From NCBI GenBank assembly GCA_038496445.1, contig JALMLS010000323.1, forward strand, positions 88,233-152,232: a stretch of 64,000 nt of DNA. Reading direction: 5' to 3'. The notes beneath the pieces were generated by a model. It was not told the origin of the DNA, made no database searches, and saw nothing but the letters and a program-made list of their open reading frames with translations. This stretch comes from Trichosphaerium sp. ATCC 40318. Its lineage: Eukaryota; Protista; Tubulinea. Positions 10,873 through 23,869 of the stretch are shown here, piece by piece. The translations under genes were made by a program, and so were the position numbers. Position 1 is the first letter of the stretch, and every line of letters begins with the position of its first letter.

Positions 10873-12636
10873 ATGCCGTCGAGAAACGCCAACGGTACTT
10901 TCACGAGCAATCAGGTACGTATTGATATCACACATACTGTACCTGTCAAGAGTGCGAAGGGAGTAATACAGGCAAGCTTTACAGCGAGATCGACTAGGGA
11001 GGTTATTTTTTTGGGCAATTTTTAGCGAAAAGTAGTGTTTGCGCCTATGGCACTGCTCCTTCAGTCTAGTTTGTGCAGAACTCCGTAGCGTGAATGAGCA
11101 GTTCGTTACCTTTTGTTATGTAAGAAACTCATGCGATGCTTGTTGTAGCGATGTGGGGCCTGCAATTCCGCAAGGTAATTGGTAACGTCTTTTGAATTTC
11201 TATGAAGAAAGTTTTGCTGGCCTCCCGCCCACCGTATACCGGCCACATTGCTCTGTACATTGCGTAGACACTGTATATAGTCTCGACGGTATCATACCTC
11301 TTTAAAGCGCTTACATGATGTACGTAACCTAGCAAGGAATACAACCATTGGTACAACACTAAAAGAACTAGAACAGTTTTTTGTTTTTGGGTACAGGAAC
11401 CAATGGACTGAACCACATAAGCCTGAACAATACACAACCCACCACGGTACACGTTGAGTAGTATAGAAGTTTTGTAGAGCATACACAATACACTAAACAT
11501 ACTATTGTTTGAGGAAAGTGTATTACAATGAGATTATAGAGATCCATTCAAAAATTTAGCAAAAGCACTAAGGTCCGCCGATGGGTTGACGTCATGGATG
11601 CTTTAAATCGATAGTTTGAATCTCAGTAGTTAACCAATTATTACGTAAATGTATATAGCGCAATAGATACCACATAGTCCGAAGACTTCCGAAGCAATTC
11701 TCACCGTTGAAAGACATTAATGGCAATCTTAAAAAAAAGATCAAGTTTCCATCACTTTAGCAAAAAGCACACGTGTATTCCCGGAGCTTTGTTTTGACGA
11801 ACAAACTTTTAAACGCTCACTACTTAAGTAGTTTCTCACGTCATATTTCCGGAACACATCATAATTACCATACAAACGTCAGTGCAGCAGCTAAGTAAAT
11901 TTTCTGGCAACCAAAGGTTCATAAGCGAGGCTATCCAAAAACATACTTTACTAATGGATTAAAAGGGAACTCGGCCTTCAGAAGAAGTTTCGTTGCCCAG
12001 TGGATACTATCCACTGGTACCTTTATTGTGTTGTCTACGATCACTCAAATATCTCCCTTTAGAACACAAAAGGTTCAATGGAACTGTATTGTAAACTAAA
12101 CGATAGCCTGTCGCTTTTGTGTTGTTCTTACATATTTATTTTAGCAAAAAGGTAATTTGGTAAAGGATTTTATACCTCGATATTCTCACGAGCTGCTACT
12201 TGGATCAATGGTACTTATAGCAACATTAGAACTGATCTTAATGAAAGTTGACAAAATAGTAGTTCCTTTATAAGACGAAAATCAAACCGTTCGGAGTCTT
12301 GTCAGTATCTAGTGATCTAGGAAAAAACTGGAAAAATGGTTTATTAATTAGGCATCCCCTACCTTTTGGAAACTTTCTCGTTCGTATCTCTACATTATAG
12401 ACACTGTAGGATATCTTTCACGTCTTCTATGCGAAACTAGTGACTTTTATCCACAATAATCACGTGCTGACCATACGACAAACTTTTTTTTTCAAGTAGT
12501 TGATTTGAACGCACTCGTGTTGTTAGCTTAAACGCAGATTGTCTATGGAGTGGGAAAAATCCTTGTGTGGAAATATAAGAGAGGAGGAAACGTGGATTTC
12601 TCTTTTCAGAAAAAGTCGAATCAAGACTGGAAGTGA
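10873..12636 (+). CDS. Hypothetical protein, many small exons
   Basis: Series of GT-AG-bounded open exons on + (e.g. RNRYHIVRRLPKQFSPL, KDFIPRYSHELLLGSM); no domain recognised. Confidence 0.4.
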
Positions 12637-13061
12637 CTTTTTTTTTACCCTTCAAGCGAACTCGAGGTTTTGTTCGCTATCACTAACATGCCCGATATCG
12701 CCTTAACACAACGAGCGTAGTGTGTATGTATGTGTACGTATTTTCTAGAGTTAGACAAAACCACAGAAGGAAAGTTCAACTTTTGTTTTTTTTCAGCAAC
12801 ATTTTGTTCTAGTTTGTGGTTGACCCAAATTTTACTTAAACTGCATTCTACACGCCATACAACTCTTCTCAATTTTTTTTTTGACCTAATACTGCAAGCG
12901 CCTAAAATACGTAAAATCTTATTTGGTATAAACCGAAAAACTATTGTGCGGAGATGGTGTGTAGTATGCACATGTGTAGTGTTTACTTTTTTATAACTTT
13001 AAGTTATGTGTTTTTACTTAAAATCTTTAGTTCTTTAAAAATCAAGTACTGTATTGGGATA

Positions 13062-13756
13062 ATGCCAACAAAGCGTCGCAGAGTTAGTAAAAAATCGCCT
13101 CCTCTATACAAACAATACTGTACGTTGATAAAAGATGCAACGGTAGGAGCCTACGAGCTTCTTATTTTTTACATCTTTTTTTTTTGTAAAAAGATACCTC
13201 AACGTACTTGTTGCTCCATAAAATCACGTGGGGTAGCTTTTTTTTTTTTTCATGTGAAAGCCACTTGAAATTGATTTTTTCTTTTAGGCAGTCAGTTTAG
13301 TCTGAAAAAGGCTATTCCAACTACGACGCCAGCGCTTGTACTTCCACTACTACCACGTAAAGAAGGAAGAAGAAAAAACTTTCAGCTTGCGTCTTACGAC
13401 GTCGAGTTTAATACAAACCAGTATTATAAATCACGTGATGGGTATGTATACAAACAAGATAGTTTGTTTATTTTCGTTCTTTTCAAACAGCAGTGGAGAC
13501 AAAAAAATAGACAAGGAAAGAAAAAAATGCTTTGTGCATTTTTATGTGTTCCATGTGTTTTATCATATGTACTAATCGTTATTACGTAGATCACACGATA
13601 TATGGGTATTCAAACCAAACACCGCACTTGGCCCGCTCCATAGGCAATCTGCCTTTCAGCCATTCAACCCGAGGAGATGAGAAAAAGTTGTTCTTCTGCG
13701 CAGATGTAAAGCAATTGAAGAACAACACCTTCAAAAAAAAAAAAATCAATATGTAA
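13062..13756 (+). CDS. Hypothetical protein with N-terminal NLS-like motif
   Basis: MPTKRRRVSKK start and spliceable exons to stop at 13756. Confidence 0.4.
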
Positions 13757-13907
13757 ATAAAAGTTGTTGGTATTAATGCCAAAACAAATACGTACATGTT
13801 TCATCCATGAAAACTGGCCTGTGTTCTTCAATAATTCATTTCGGAGAAACAATAGGCCCTACCCTTACATGTTGTAAAAACTTTTCGGAAGCAAGTCTCT
13901 TGAAGGT

Positions 13908-15760
13908 TTAGTTCATCGTAGAATCTGTAACACAAGAAGAGATTGCTCAAAACAGTCATTGAAGTGATTCCCTTAAAAATCGATTTGACGGTTGGATCTT
14001 TTCGGGTTTTTTACGTTTTTTGAGGTATACATACTTCAAGGGCTGCTATGAGTGTCCTATTAAAATATTTGTAAGCGAAAAAACGGAAAACAAAAACTCC
14101 TTGGCAACCATAAACAGTAACGGAAAATAATGTGTCACATTGTTTTTTTTCTGAAGGGTTTTTTGCTCTCACTCGTACCTCTGCTTTGCTCTTTTCTTTT
14201 TAGTTACTATTCTACGTTCATTCCATTGAATATTAGGATACATACGAGATAACGCATTAACGATATTTTGGGCGTAATAGAGTAAGCCCGATCCACCCAT
14301 TAAGGCAATCTCATGGTTTGAAACGCGGTACCTAAAGTCAGTTACTATAGGCCAATAAAATTAATTGCTTTAATTAAAGTACCAGTCATAGGGAGCCACA
14401 ATATTTAGCCTTTGTGAAACTTTTGAAAGAAATCTTACAACGTTCATCTGGTTCTTCCAATATCCTGATTTAGTGTACCTAATAATCGAAAGTAAGAAAA
14501 TAAATTATTGTACAAAATAACCCAAAAAATGTAAAAAAAAAAGATCCGGAATGTCAAAACAACAAACTACAACGTCACCTCTGCTCCCACTTGTATTCAG
14601 GATAAAGCGTTTCTAGTGCCCTTATGATATTACCATCATAACTACAACACGTCAAACAAAAAAAGCGTTTTCAAGTCAACTTGACTTCTGTGACACTTAC
14701 TTTGTTAGGAGCAAACCCCACCCACCTGCTTTAACAATTTGGTTTTGAGTAACAAATTCCCAGTCTTGCCAATTTATTATCTCTAGGTCCTTAGCCATTG
14801 CTTCAAACTTTTGTTTTTGATTTCCCAAATCATCCCAATACTCTTTAGAGCAACGACTAATACAAAGCTCCATTAGCAAAGCGTAATCTAACCAGCAACA
14901 AAAACACAACAAAATTCGAGCCTAAGCGTAGAATGAAGCGACAAAGACCACAAGAGAACAAAAGCTTACAGAAGTAATGATTATATACATCGGAAAAAAG
15001 TTTGCACAGCAAGTCACGTACTTGAACTTCCATATACAAAATTGAAACGTTGGGTATAACGTTGACAAGCACTTAACAATCGAACCACCATACCTATCAT
15101 CCGTTAAAATGTTAAATCACAAAATAAAAAAACCAAACAGAAATCGGAAAATCTGTTTTTCCTTCCTTCGTTATTCTTTTAATCACGTGCCTGGATTTGA
15201 GAATAAAGATTGCGTGTTTAGATGTTATACCACCAAATGATACAGTGTACCAATCACTCAGAGTTTTCAAGTTGAGGGTTTCGCTAAGGCTATCAAAAAC
15301 TTCACGTTGTGCTTCAACACTGTTCCAAAAATGTGCTGGAACTGTCCTATAAGCCATTTGTTAAAGAAGTAACTGTTGTGACATGCTTGTCGTGGGTATC
15401 TTGTAGCAAGGCGGTCGTACAAGAATTTTTTATCGTTCCAAGCGAATTTAGGGTACAACGTCTTTAACGCTTTTCTGAAACCACTTCCATAGCTTTTACG
15501 GATTAACAAGCGCGTTTGATGCGTTTTTAAGAGAGAATGTAATAATAAATACGTACTATGCTATATTCGACGTATTGGTACTTGATACATCACTGGTGGT
15601 TACTTTATACCAATCGTCAATTGTTTTTAGTCCAAGATTACGTGCAATGGTGTCAAATCGCATAGTTTTCTTTCTTGTGCACTCTAGGGGTTTCTGCAAG
15701 CTTGAAATACGTTATTACAAAGTAAATGTATAAAAAGGTACCTAGTAGACGCCCTAGCAT
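13908..15760 (-). CDS. 'DDWY' helical-repeat protein (about 4 repeats, no nuclease domain seen)
   Basis: FDTIARNLGLKTIDDWYKV, FDSLSETLNLKTLSDWYTV, FEAMAKDLEIINWQDWEFV, RLNIVAPYDWYRV, followed by GG/AL..LYP..W motifs. Confidence 0.75.
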
Positions 15761-15924
15761 ATTTCGCAGCGCTAACGAACTTATTTCGCATACTACAGCC
15801 TATACAACGCCTTCAGGATAGTAGCACGGGTCAAAAAGCTGGCTTATTACCTGATTAAGTCGTGTCAAAAAAAAAGCAATGTGATCACATTCTGCAAATA
15901 CCGCGCGTCTGAAACACCCTGTAA

Positions 15925-17278
15925 ATGTCTGGTACACCTAAACGAAAAGGTCTTGTCATCAAGAAGTACACTCCTGAAGAGCTGAATGTAAGAATACTTC
16001 TTTTGTCAATAGTTTTGCATTAAAAACGGTAGGCTCGCAGAATAGCGAGAGAGGAGGCTCTAAAGAAGAAGGAGGAAGCACGCAGGCAAAAAGTAAACCG
16101 GATAACACGTTTTGAGTTGACACTTACTGTAAAAATCAGGAGCTTGAGGAAAAGAACAAGCGTGATCAAGCCAAAGAAGTCAAACTACAAAAACTTGCAG
16201 CAAATGCTTCTAAAGCTGAGAAGGAGCGACATGAGCAAGAGAAGAAGTATCTGGAGGATCAAAGAAAGCGTAAAGAGGCAGCTGATAGGGAAAAGTACGT
16301 TATTAAAGTTTGTACAAAATAACCAGACCGTTTTCTGTTTCCAAAAAAAAATTCGGTTTGGCGCACGTGATTACAAAGATGAAAGTGAATGGTATTTTTA
16401 GGAAGAAACAAGAGGAAGAGCGTAAAAAGAACGCAGAACAACGTAAAAAACTTGATCAGGAAGGAAACCTAAAGAACTATGAGGGCGATTGGTTAGCTGA
16501 GCAAGTGCGTTATTTTCTAGCCAACTTTTGTCTTTTTTTCTTTTACATTTTTTTTTCTCAACAAGTACCTCATCATGCGGGTTGAGCATGACGTTCGTTG
16601 TACTATGATTTTGTTTGCACATTTTAGTGTGTTAAGTTTACTAACAGAATTGTTTGTAGCGTCAAGAGGCAGCCAAGAAAGTCAAGAAATCCAGATACAC
16701 AACAACTGTTAATGTTTCAGGTGGTCCTTCAAAATCTGGTGGGTCTAGTAAATCAAACGCACCTGTGCGTAAAGGAATGACAAAGAGTGATGCTGTAGCT
16801 GTACGTCCTGTTATTTTAGCGTTATACTTTTTACTTAAAATGCTCACTATTTCAGGCTCTTATGAAGTCCCAACAAAGTGATGGTTCATGGAAATTTGAT
16901 CCTAAATTCGGTACAATGTTTAATCTTGACACAACTAAGATGGTTGCTTCTTTACCAAACCCAAACGTACGACTTGATTTCTTCGTTTTTTTTTTTTAGT
17001 TCACGTGATAGATGCTTAGAATTATTGTAGATTGCTACTGAATGGGGTACTGCTATTGTTGTAATGTGGATAAAACTATACGCTGCTATTTTAAGCGAGA
17101 CATGGGGACAAGCTGTTCATAATGCTATTGCGTATCTAAAGGCAAGTCACATGTATTTTCATGATTTTTTTACCATTGTAAAAAATGTATGTACTTACTT
17201 GTGTTCTAGGCAAAAGGAAAAGAGAGTTTATTAGATGATGCCAAAACTGCAATTAGAGGAATGAAAATCCCAAAGTAA
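15925..17278 (+). CDS. Coiled-coil protein with C-terminal VWA5A/PARP4-C-like helical domain
   Basis: E/K-rich coiled coil, then LMKSQQSDGSWKF...EWGTAIVVMWI...W...AIAYL. Confidence 0.6.
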
Positions 17279-17498
17279 TTATTGTCACTACCAAGTGAAC
17301 GCCTGTTTCTAATAAAACAATATCAAAAAACAAGCTGAAAACTCAATTCGATTTTGAAAATAATCCATTCACTTCACCCGCATTATCACTAAATTGGGCT
17401 CCTTGTTATATTGACAAATTTGCAACAGTACATACTCTTTTGTGCAACACAATAGTCTAAATGAACAAGAACGGAAACGCAACAAAACTATTACTAGT

Positions 17499-19338
17499 CT
17501 AGTGGGTAACTATGTTTATTGAAGCGTCACTAGTGACAGTATACGTTGCATGGACGTAGAGTAATTGGAAACACAGAGGATTGGCACTGCCATGAACAAC
17601 CGATCAAGGTAATAGATGGGTTGTCCAATATGTGTTTGTTGTGTCAGAGCCAGACAATGATATGGCCAAGGGTTGGATTGTTCACCCACTTTAGACCGTC
17701 GTGAGACAGTTTGTTTTGCCCTACTGGTGGGCCTATTTACTATTAATGTCAGACGACACTAAGATTACAGTGTATGAACAATTGTAAGTGGATTTTATTA
17801 AGAATCAACTTTTTGGTCATCTATTACCATTCATAAACATAAGCATAAGAGAACACTTGACTCTTTGTTGGGTTTCCCACTTTGGTTCCATTATCATCAA
17901 TACATTTCTGACCGTTAGAACCTGTTGTATCGCCGTTCCTCCATACTACAACAACATTACTATTTCTTTTTGTGTGGCACTTTTTTTTTGATACAAAAAA
18001 GGAATCTACATCCATCATGTTCAGCCCATCGTACCAAATGTAAAATTACTATTCCAAATAAGAGGATCTTCAAAGTGAAACCTATAAGCTGAAAAAGCGG
18101 CACTACCTGTGAAAGAAGTGATAAGGATCTTTCTTGTTTTTTGTAGTTTACTTATTTAGGTCTTTGTACCTGTTGTTCTATCGATATGTGTAAGCCCAGA
18201 TACAGGTAAATGGAATGTTCCAGCGTTGAAGTAGAAAGCAGAATCGAAATAATCTTCAGTTCCAGAGCTTTAACACAATTAGTAAAACAACATTGCGTGA
18301 AAAAAAAGCTGTGTAACAGAAGTCAACCTCAAGAGCATCTTTGGCTTTCCATCAATGTACGCTCTTACACAGCCCTACACGTACGTATGAGTACGCGGAT
18401 TGAGTGGTTTTAAAGAAAAAAATAACAAGGGTAAACCCAATTAACGCACCTCAAGAAAGTTCAAGTTTTGTGATTTTACGACCATCATTACTCCAAATAA
18501 CAGTCCTGATGATTTACTCTGCACTAGGTTTATCTTCTCCAATGGGTCGTAAGTGCCATTTATTTTGTAAACTTTCAAGTGTGCCCTATGCACTGTTAGA
18601 ACATGAATTAAAAAAACCACGTGACTTACGTTGGTGGTACTGTAAAGCCTTCCACATGTATAGGAAAATTTTCTGCTCCTCGTACAATAAACCAGTACTT
18701 TGCTTCTGGATCCGAAGCAGCTTGTTGTACGGTGACACGAAGAGAAGATTTAAACGGTATTTTAATGTCTACAAAGGGTAAAAAAAGCCATCAGAACAAA
18801 AAAAGAAAGAGTCAACACTTACTATTGTACACTCCACCCTGTGCTGCTGCCTGAAATAACTTGTTAAAGTGAGGGTTTTTTTATCTGTTCAGCACCTTTC
18901 CGATGAGTTCTGTTCCCCAAGGACTCTCTTTATCATCGAACCCAATACCAACTGACAAATCAAGAACAAGTTCAATAGTGTAGCTTGGGTCATCGTCAAT
19001 GTAGAATCGAATAATGGCATTGTCAACTGTGGGACCTTTAAAAAAAAAAGTCAGAAAACTTTTCAGGCTGACCAGAAATTGTAGGTCTATGGTCATTTTC
19101 GTACTTCCTGTCATCCACCAATGGTTAATAGCGGCTCCATTAGATCCCTTTACGGTATACTTGAAGCTATGGGTACATTAGAAAAGTTTTTCAGTTTAAA
19201 GCCAGCGTACACCGTTAGTTCTTCGTGTCCTAAGTTTGCTGCTGATACTGCTGTACCAAAAGCTTCTGGTATAGCACTATTAACCATAGTGGTTAATAAT
19301 ATAGAGATGTATAGTATAGTTATTGTCAAGAGACGCAT
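17499..19338 (-). CDS. Secreted DUF2961 (GH172-related) protein
   Basis: Signal peptide; THWWMTG, IIRFYIDD...TIELVLDLSVGIGFDD..PWG, GGVYN..RIPF motifs. Confidence 0.75.
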
Positions 19339-19544
19339 GCTAACGTTGGTAATTTACACGCTTTTTATGTAAACGTGCACATGCTTTAAGCTACAAATGA
19401 CACGTGCTACCAAAAAAAACCCAATAGATTCAGTGGTTGCTAAAAGCTCCTACAAACCGCTGACGCCAGCGCGATATTTAAGCATTTACAGCTGTCCAAG
19501 AGATTGATATTTCCGAATGCTAACTACATTTATTTTTTTACTTA

Positions 19545-20270
19545 CTAGCATCCAGAACAATTACAATCTGGTGGGCAAGTAATAAGACTATTCTCAACAA
19601 AGCAAGAGGTGTTACCAAATCCACAAATACTGTCACTGAGTTTACCAGACAAACGTGTGTCTGTTAAGTCCAAAAAGTGCAATGAAGGTGATTCAAGTAC
19701 CCACTTTGGTAGCTCTCCATCCAAGTGGTTATTACATATTTCAAGCGAGTACAATGAGTACAAATTATTCCAACTATCAGGTATATGACCATAGAAGTTA
19801 TTGTAATCAAGGTTGATTTCTTCAAGAGACCATAACTCAGAGATAACTTCTGGTAAAGGTTGCTTTCCAAAATCATTTCTTTTCAGCCTTAGTATTCTAA
19901 GGCTCTCAAGGCCCTTGAGGAATGTGACATTACCAGACAGGGAATTGTCATCAAGCCACAGCTCAGTGATCATACTCAACCTACCAAAACTCTCTGGAAT
20001 AGTGCCGACCAGGTTGTTGTGGCGTAAATTGATTTGCAATCCACTTTTTAGCATGGAACAGCCAATACCATGCCAAGTGCATGGGTTATCATTACTCTTG
20101 TCATTCCATCCTTTGTTTGTCCTCCAAAAGGGTCCTCCAGTTGCATCGTAGAATTGCCGCAAGATTCTTACTACTTCGTCATGTGAAGGGACTTCTCGGG
20201 TTTGTGTGGGTGTTACGATGTGTATTAGTGTGCACACGATAAATAACGAGCAAACAACTGATTTGAGCAT
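19545..20270 (-). CDS. Small secreted plant-type LRR protein, intronless
   Basis: Signal peptide; FYDATGGPFW...W...PCTWHGIGC N-cap; LxxNxLxGxIP repeats. Confidence 0.88.
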   Translation of the reverse strand: MLKSVVCSLFIVCTLIHIVTPTQTREVPSHDEVVRILRQFYDATGGPFWRTNKGWNDKSNDNPCTWHGIGCSMLKSGLQINLRHNNLVGTIPESFGRLSMITELWLDDNSLSGNVTFLKGLESLRILRLKRNDFGKQPLPEVISELWSLEEINLDYNNFYGHIPDSWNNLYSLYSLEICNNHLDGELPKWVLESPSLHFLDLTDTRLSGKLSDSICGFGNTSCFVENSLITCPPDCNCSGC

Positions 20271-20674
20271 CTTAGGAGGTTCCACAAGCTGTAAGTGTAC
20301 GATTGCTATACTCTGTTTCGCACTGAATACAAGATGTATTGATTGTGGGACACAAAACCAACAGTTGCTTATGTGTAAAAAAAAAACTTAAATCGAAAAT
20401 GAATTGGAGTTTTCATGTCTCCTAGATGCCCTTGACCAAAAACTTATGAATGCAAATCCTTTGGCCATTACCCTCCTCAGAGTTGCCTTGAAAGGTACAA
20501 ATATGGCCAAGAATAAAATGAGAAGGTTGAAGTGAACGAGACTAATACAGACTTGTTTAATCAAAATTACGGTATTTAATGCGCCTAAAGCAGGTGTAGG
20601 CTTTGCTATGGGATATGGTTAGTTTTTATCGGTTTTAACAACAAGAATACAAAGTCACTCGCTTTGCGCGTAAA

Positions 20675-23600
20675 ATGCGTGCTTTGGCTAAGAGTGTAGC
20701 TGGTAAAGCCACACAGCGCTCAAAACAACCACAGGCAAAGCGAAAATTTTCTACAGGTACAAAAGCGCAATGAAGCGAACCTTCTACGCCCGTTTAAGTT
20801 ATATATAACCTCACTCGCGCTTTTTACTAGCTCCAAAACCAAAATACCACTGGGATGATATTAGAACTCAAAGGCACTACTTTGAGAACCACATGGCTCC
20901 TGTACTTAATATAACCACACCAAATGATTGGTATAACGTCACAATTGAAAAAGCCAACGAAGCCGGCGCCAGAGGCATACTTAGGCGGTGAGTAACGCTA
21001 ATACGCACGATAACTTCCGGTTAAAAACGCTTTGACAGTTCATACTCTATTGTACTCACCTGCTATCTTAAGGTATGGAGGATCATTGATTAGAGCGTTG
21101 GTAGCTATTTACCCGCATAAAAAATGGGATTTATGGCAGTTCAAGTAAGAATGAAACAGTAAACTTACCGGATCCAACGGCTATTCACTTAGGTGTGTGC
21201 CCATGCATTATTGGGATAAAATAGAGCATCAACAACAAATCTTTGAAAACGCTGCTCGTTTTCTTCAAGTGATGGCACGTGCAGACAATTTTTTTGCTGA
21301 AGAACAAGTCTTTTGGTAATCATGAATATTAATGTGGTTTTACCTAGATTATGGAAGATTGGTATGCGATTACAAAGATAGATCTCATCGAGAATGGCTG
21401 TGTAAGCGTCATACTTAACAAGTACGAAGGAGCGTTACCGATATGTATCCCTTACACAAGTTCAGATACAATGGCTCAGTGTCACGTGCATTAAAGTCTG
21501 TTTTTCCTCAAATTAAATGGAAAAAAAAAAGATTCATGTACTGCCTTTTATTCTCGTGTTAGATGTACCGGTCACTTATTTGTTTTCGTTTGTCTAGATA
21601 TGTACCTTTGAATATAAATGAAAAATATAAAAGAGATATAGATGAATTAAACATTGTTGCAGAGAAATTGGATATCAAAGTGTTAGATGACTGGCATGAA
21701 GTTAATGTCAAAGATGTTTTAGATATTGGCGGTGGTATAACTATTGCAAAGTGAGTACCATGGTTTTCTCATTATTACGCTTGGTGTTAACGAAATCAAG
21801 GCATGGAAGAAGCTTGCAAGCTGCCCTTCGACAGTTATTCCCAATGCACAATTGGCCTCCACTACACGAGTTAGTACTTGACTTTTTCTTTGAATACTTT
21901 TGTCTTATGTTGTTGTGCTTTAGGCTTAGCGAATGGGGTCACTGGAACGATGAAAATAACCAAAGATCTAGGTTAGAACGTATGGCATCAACTCACGGTA
22001 TCAAGACATTAGATGATTGGTATGGTGCGCCTTACTCTGAGTTTATCAAGAGCGGTCTTGGGACTATAATGAAGATGTACTTTGTTCTGGTTTTTACCTT
22101 TCTTGGTTCTTACCCTTTGTGTTTTTAGATACAGCTTTTCTGCTACAAGAATGTTAGCTTCATTATATCCTGAATATCAATGGAAAGTATGGCTGTTCAA
22201 GTATGTGACAACGACATTATTGTAAATAGGTTTTATTAATAGCTATCATTAGGACTTCTGTTGAAGGTCATAAGCGTATTGAACTTGATAGGATTGGCCA
22301 AGAGCTTAATGTTAAAGTTCTTTGGGATTGGTATAATATACGCGGCGAGGATGTTCAGGCACATGGCGGTAATTACGTAACACAAAAGTACTACAAAATA
22401 CCAATTCAGAACCTCATTTCATGTTTGTTCTTTCTCACAATTAGTTGATTTGTTTTCGTAGATTTAACGGTTCCTTGTATGCAACTCTTGCTGATTCTTA
22501 TCCTCACTTTGCTTGGAAACCATGGAAGTTCGTGTAAGTACTTGTCACATGTTGTTTCTTTTCCTAATAGTTAAAACGATTTAGAACTGCTCCAATGAAC
22601 TACTGGGCGGATACAAAGAATAAAAAGGCCTATACAAATTATGTTGCTAAGCGTTTAAATGTCAAGACTTTAGAAGAATGGGATAGTATAAAAGCTAAAA
22701 AATTCAGACAAGAAGGAGGCGCTGGCATGCTGAGAGTGTACAGTCTTTCTGAACCAATTTTTTCGAAAAAAAAAAACTAAGACTACACTTCTAGGCATAA
22801 CGATTCTCTTGGTTCTGCTCTTAAAGATCTCTACCCCGATTTTGCTTTCATTTTCAAGTACTAGTATTCCGTCGTTGCCTTTTTTTTCTTATGTGTGCAC
22901 AGAGACAAGAAGGTAGTCCGCAAACCAGGTCACTGGAACAAGGAGAGGAATCAAATCACTTTTCTAAAATCAGCAGCAAAATCTCTTAAAATTGATGATC
23001 CAGATAGCTGGTACAGCGACCTCATGCTTCGGTTAAAACACCTCACTTAGTTACTCACTTTATGTAAGGTATCGGATATCAGAGGCTCAGTTAGCAAGTG
23101 CTGGTGGTTCAGGTTTTTCGCAACACTTGCTTAATGCTTTGAGGCTACTTTATCCAAACTACTCTTGGGATCAGAACAACTTTGTAAACTCAAGTAAAAA
23201 GTCTAAGCAACGGTAAGTAGTTTACAGCATAATTCGAGGATGGCTTTAAAATAGAAACACTTTATTTGAGTTAAAGTATTGACAAGAAAGTTTAGGTGGA
23301 TGTTGTCTTGTATAAAAAAACTATTTCCGTTTCACAGAATCGAAGAAGAACACTTTTTGGGATCACGTGAAGATTTTACAACTGCTTGCAGTGTTGACGT
23401 GTTTATACCTTCTTTTAATTTGGCGATTGAATATCAAGGTAAGCAGCAAGCACATCAAGTTGATTGTGCACATAACTAACTTTTGAATCAAAAAAGGTGA
23501 ACATCATTACAGCGATATTTTCAAGTTTTCCATGCCGACTATGGTATTCAAAGCACGTGATATGGAAAAAATAAGTTTATGTAAAAAAGCAGGTTCGTAT

Positions 23601-23869
23601 CTAAGCTAAATATTTGTTTTCGAGAAGACTGTATCAACATCTTTCTGTATTGAAACAAACTTTTTTTGTAACTATTCAACAAACGCTCATCTTGAAAAGG
23701 TATTACACTGATTGAGATTCCGTTTTGGTGGCGAGGTGATATTGAAACGCTTGCCGCTACTATTAGGCATAGACTTCCTACCGTTGGATTGGATATGTAC
23801 AAGGATGTTAAACCATTACTGCCTAAGGAATCATCAGAAGAAATACAGAATCTTCCAACAAGTACCTAA
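20675..23869 (+). CDS. 'DDWY' helical-repeat protein (about 7 repeats) with C-terminal PD-(D/E)xK/Vsr/RAP-like nuclease domain
   Basis: Repeats PNDWY, EDWY, LDDWH, LDDWY, WDWY, LEEWD, PDSWY; C-term VDVFIPSFNLAIEYQGEHHY...RDMEK..LC..AGITLIEIPFWW; basic N-terminus without acidic residues. Confidence 0.8.

Noticed and set aside
11129-11500. Minus-strand ORFs (123 aa and 64 aa) as genes
   Set aside because: Splice signals and open exons favour a + strand gene; these are antisense shadows
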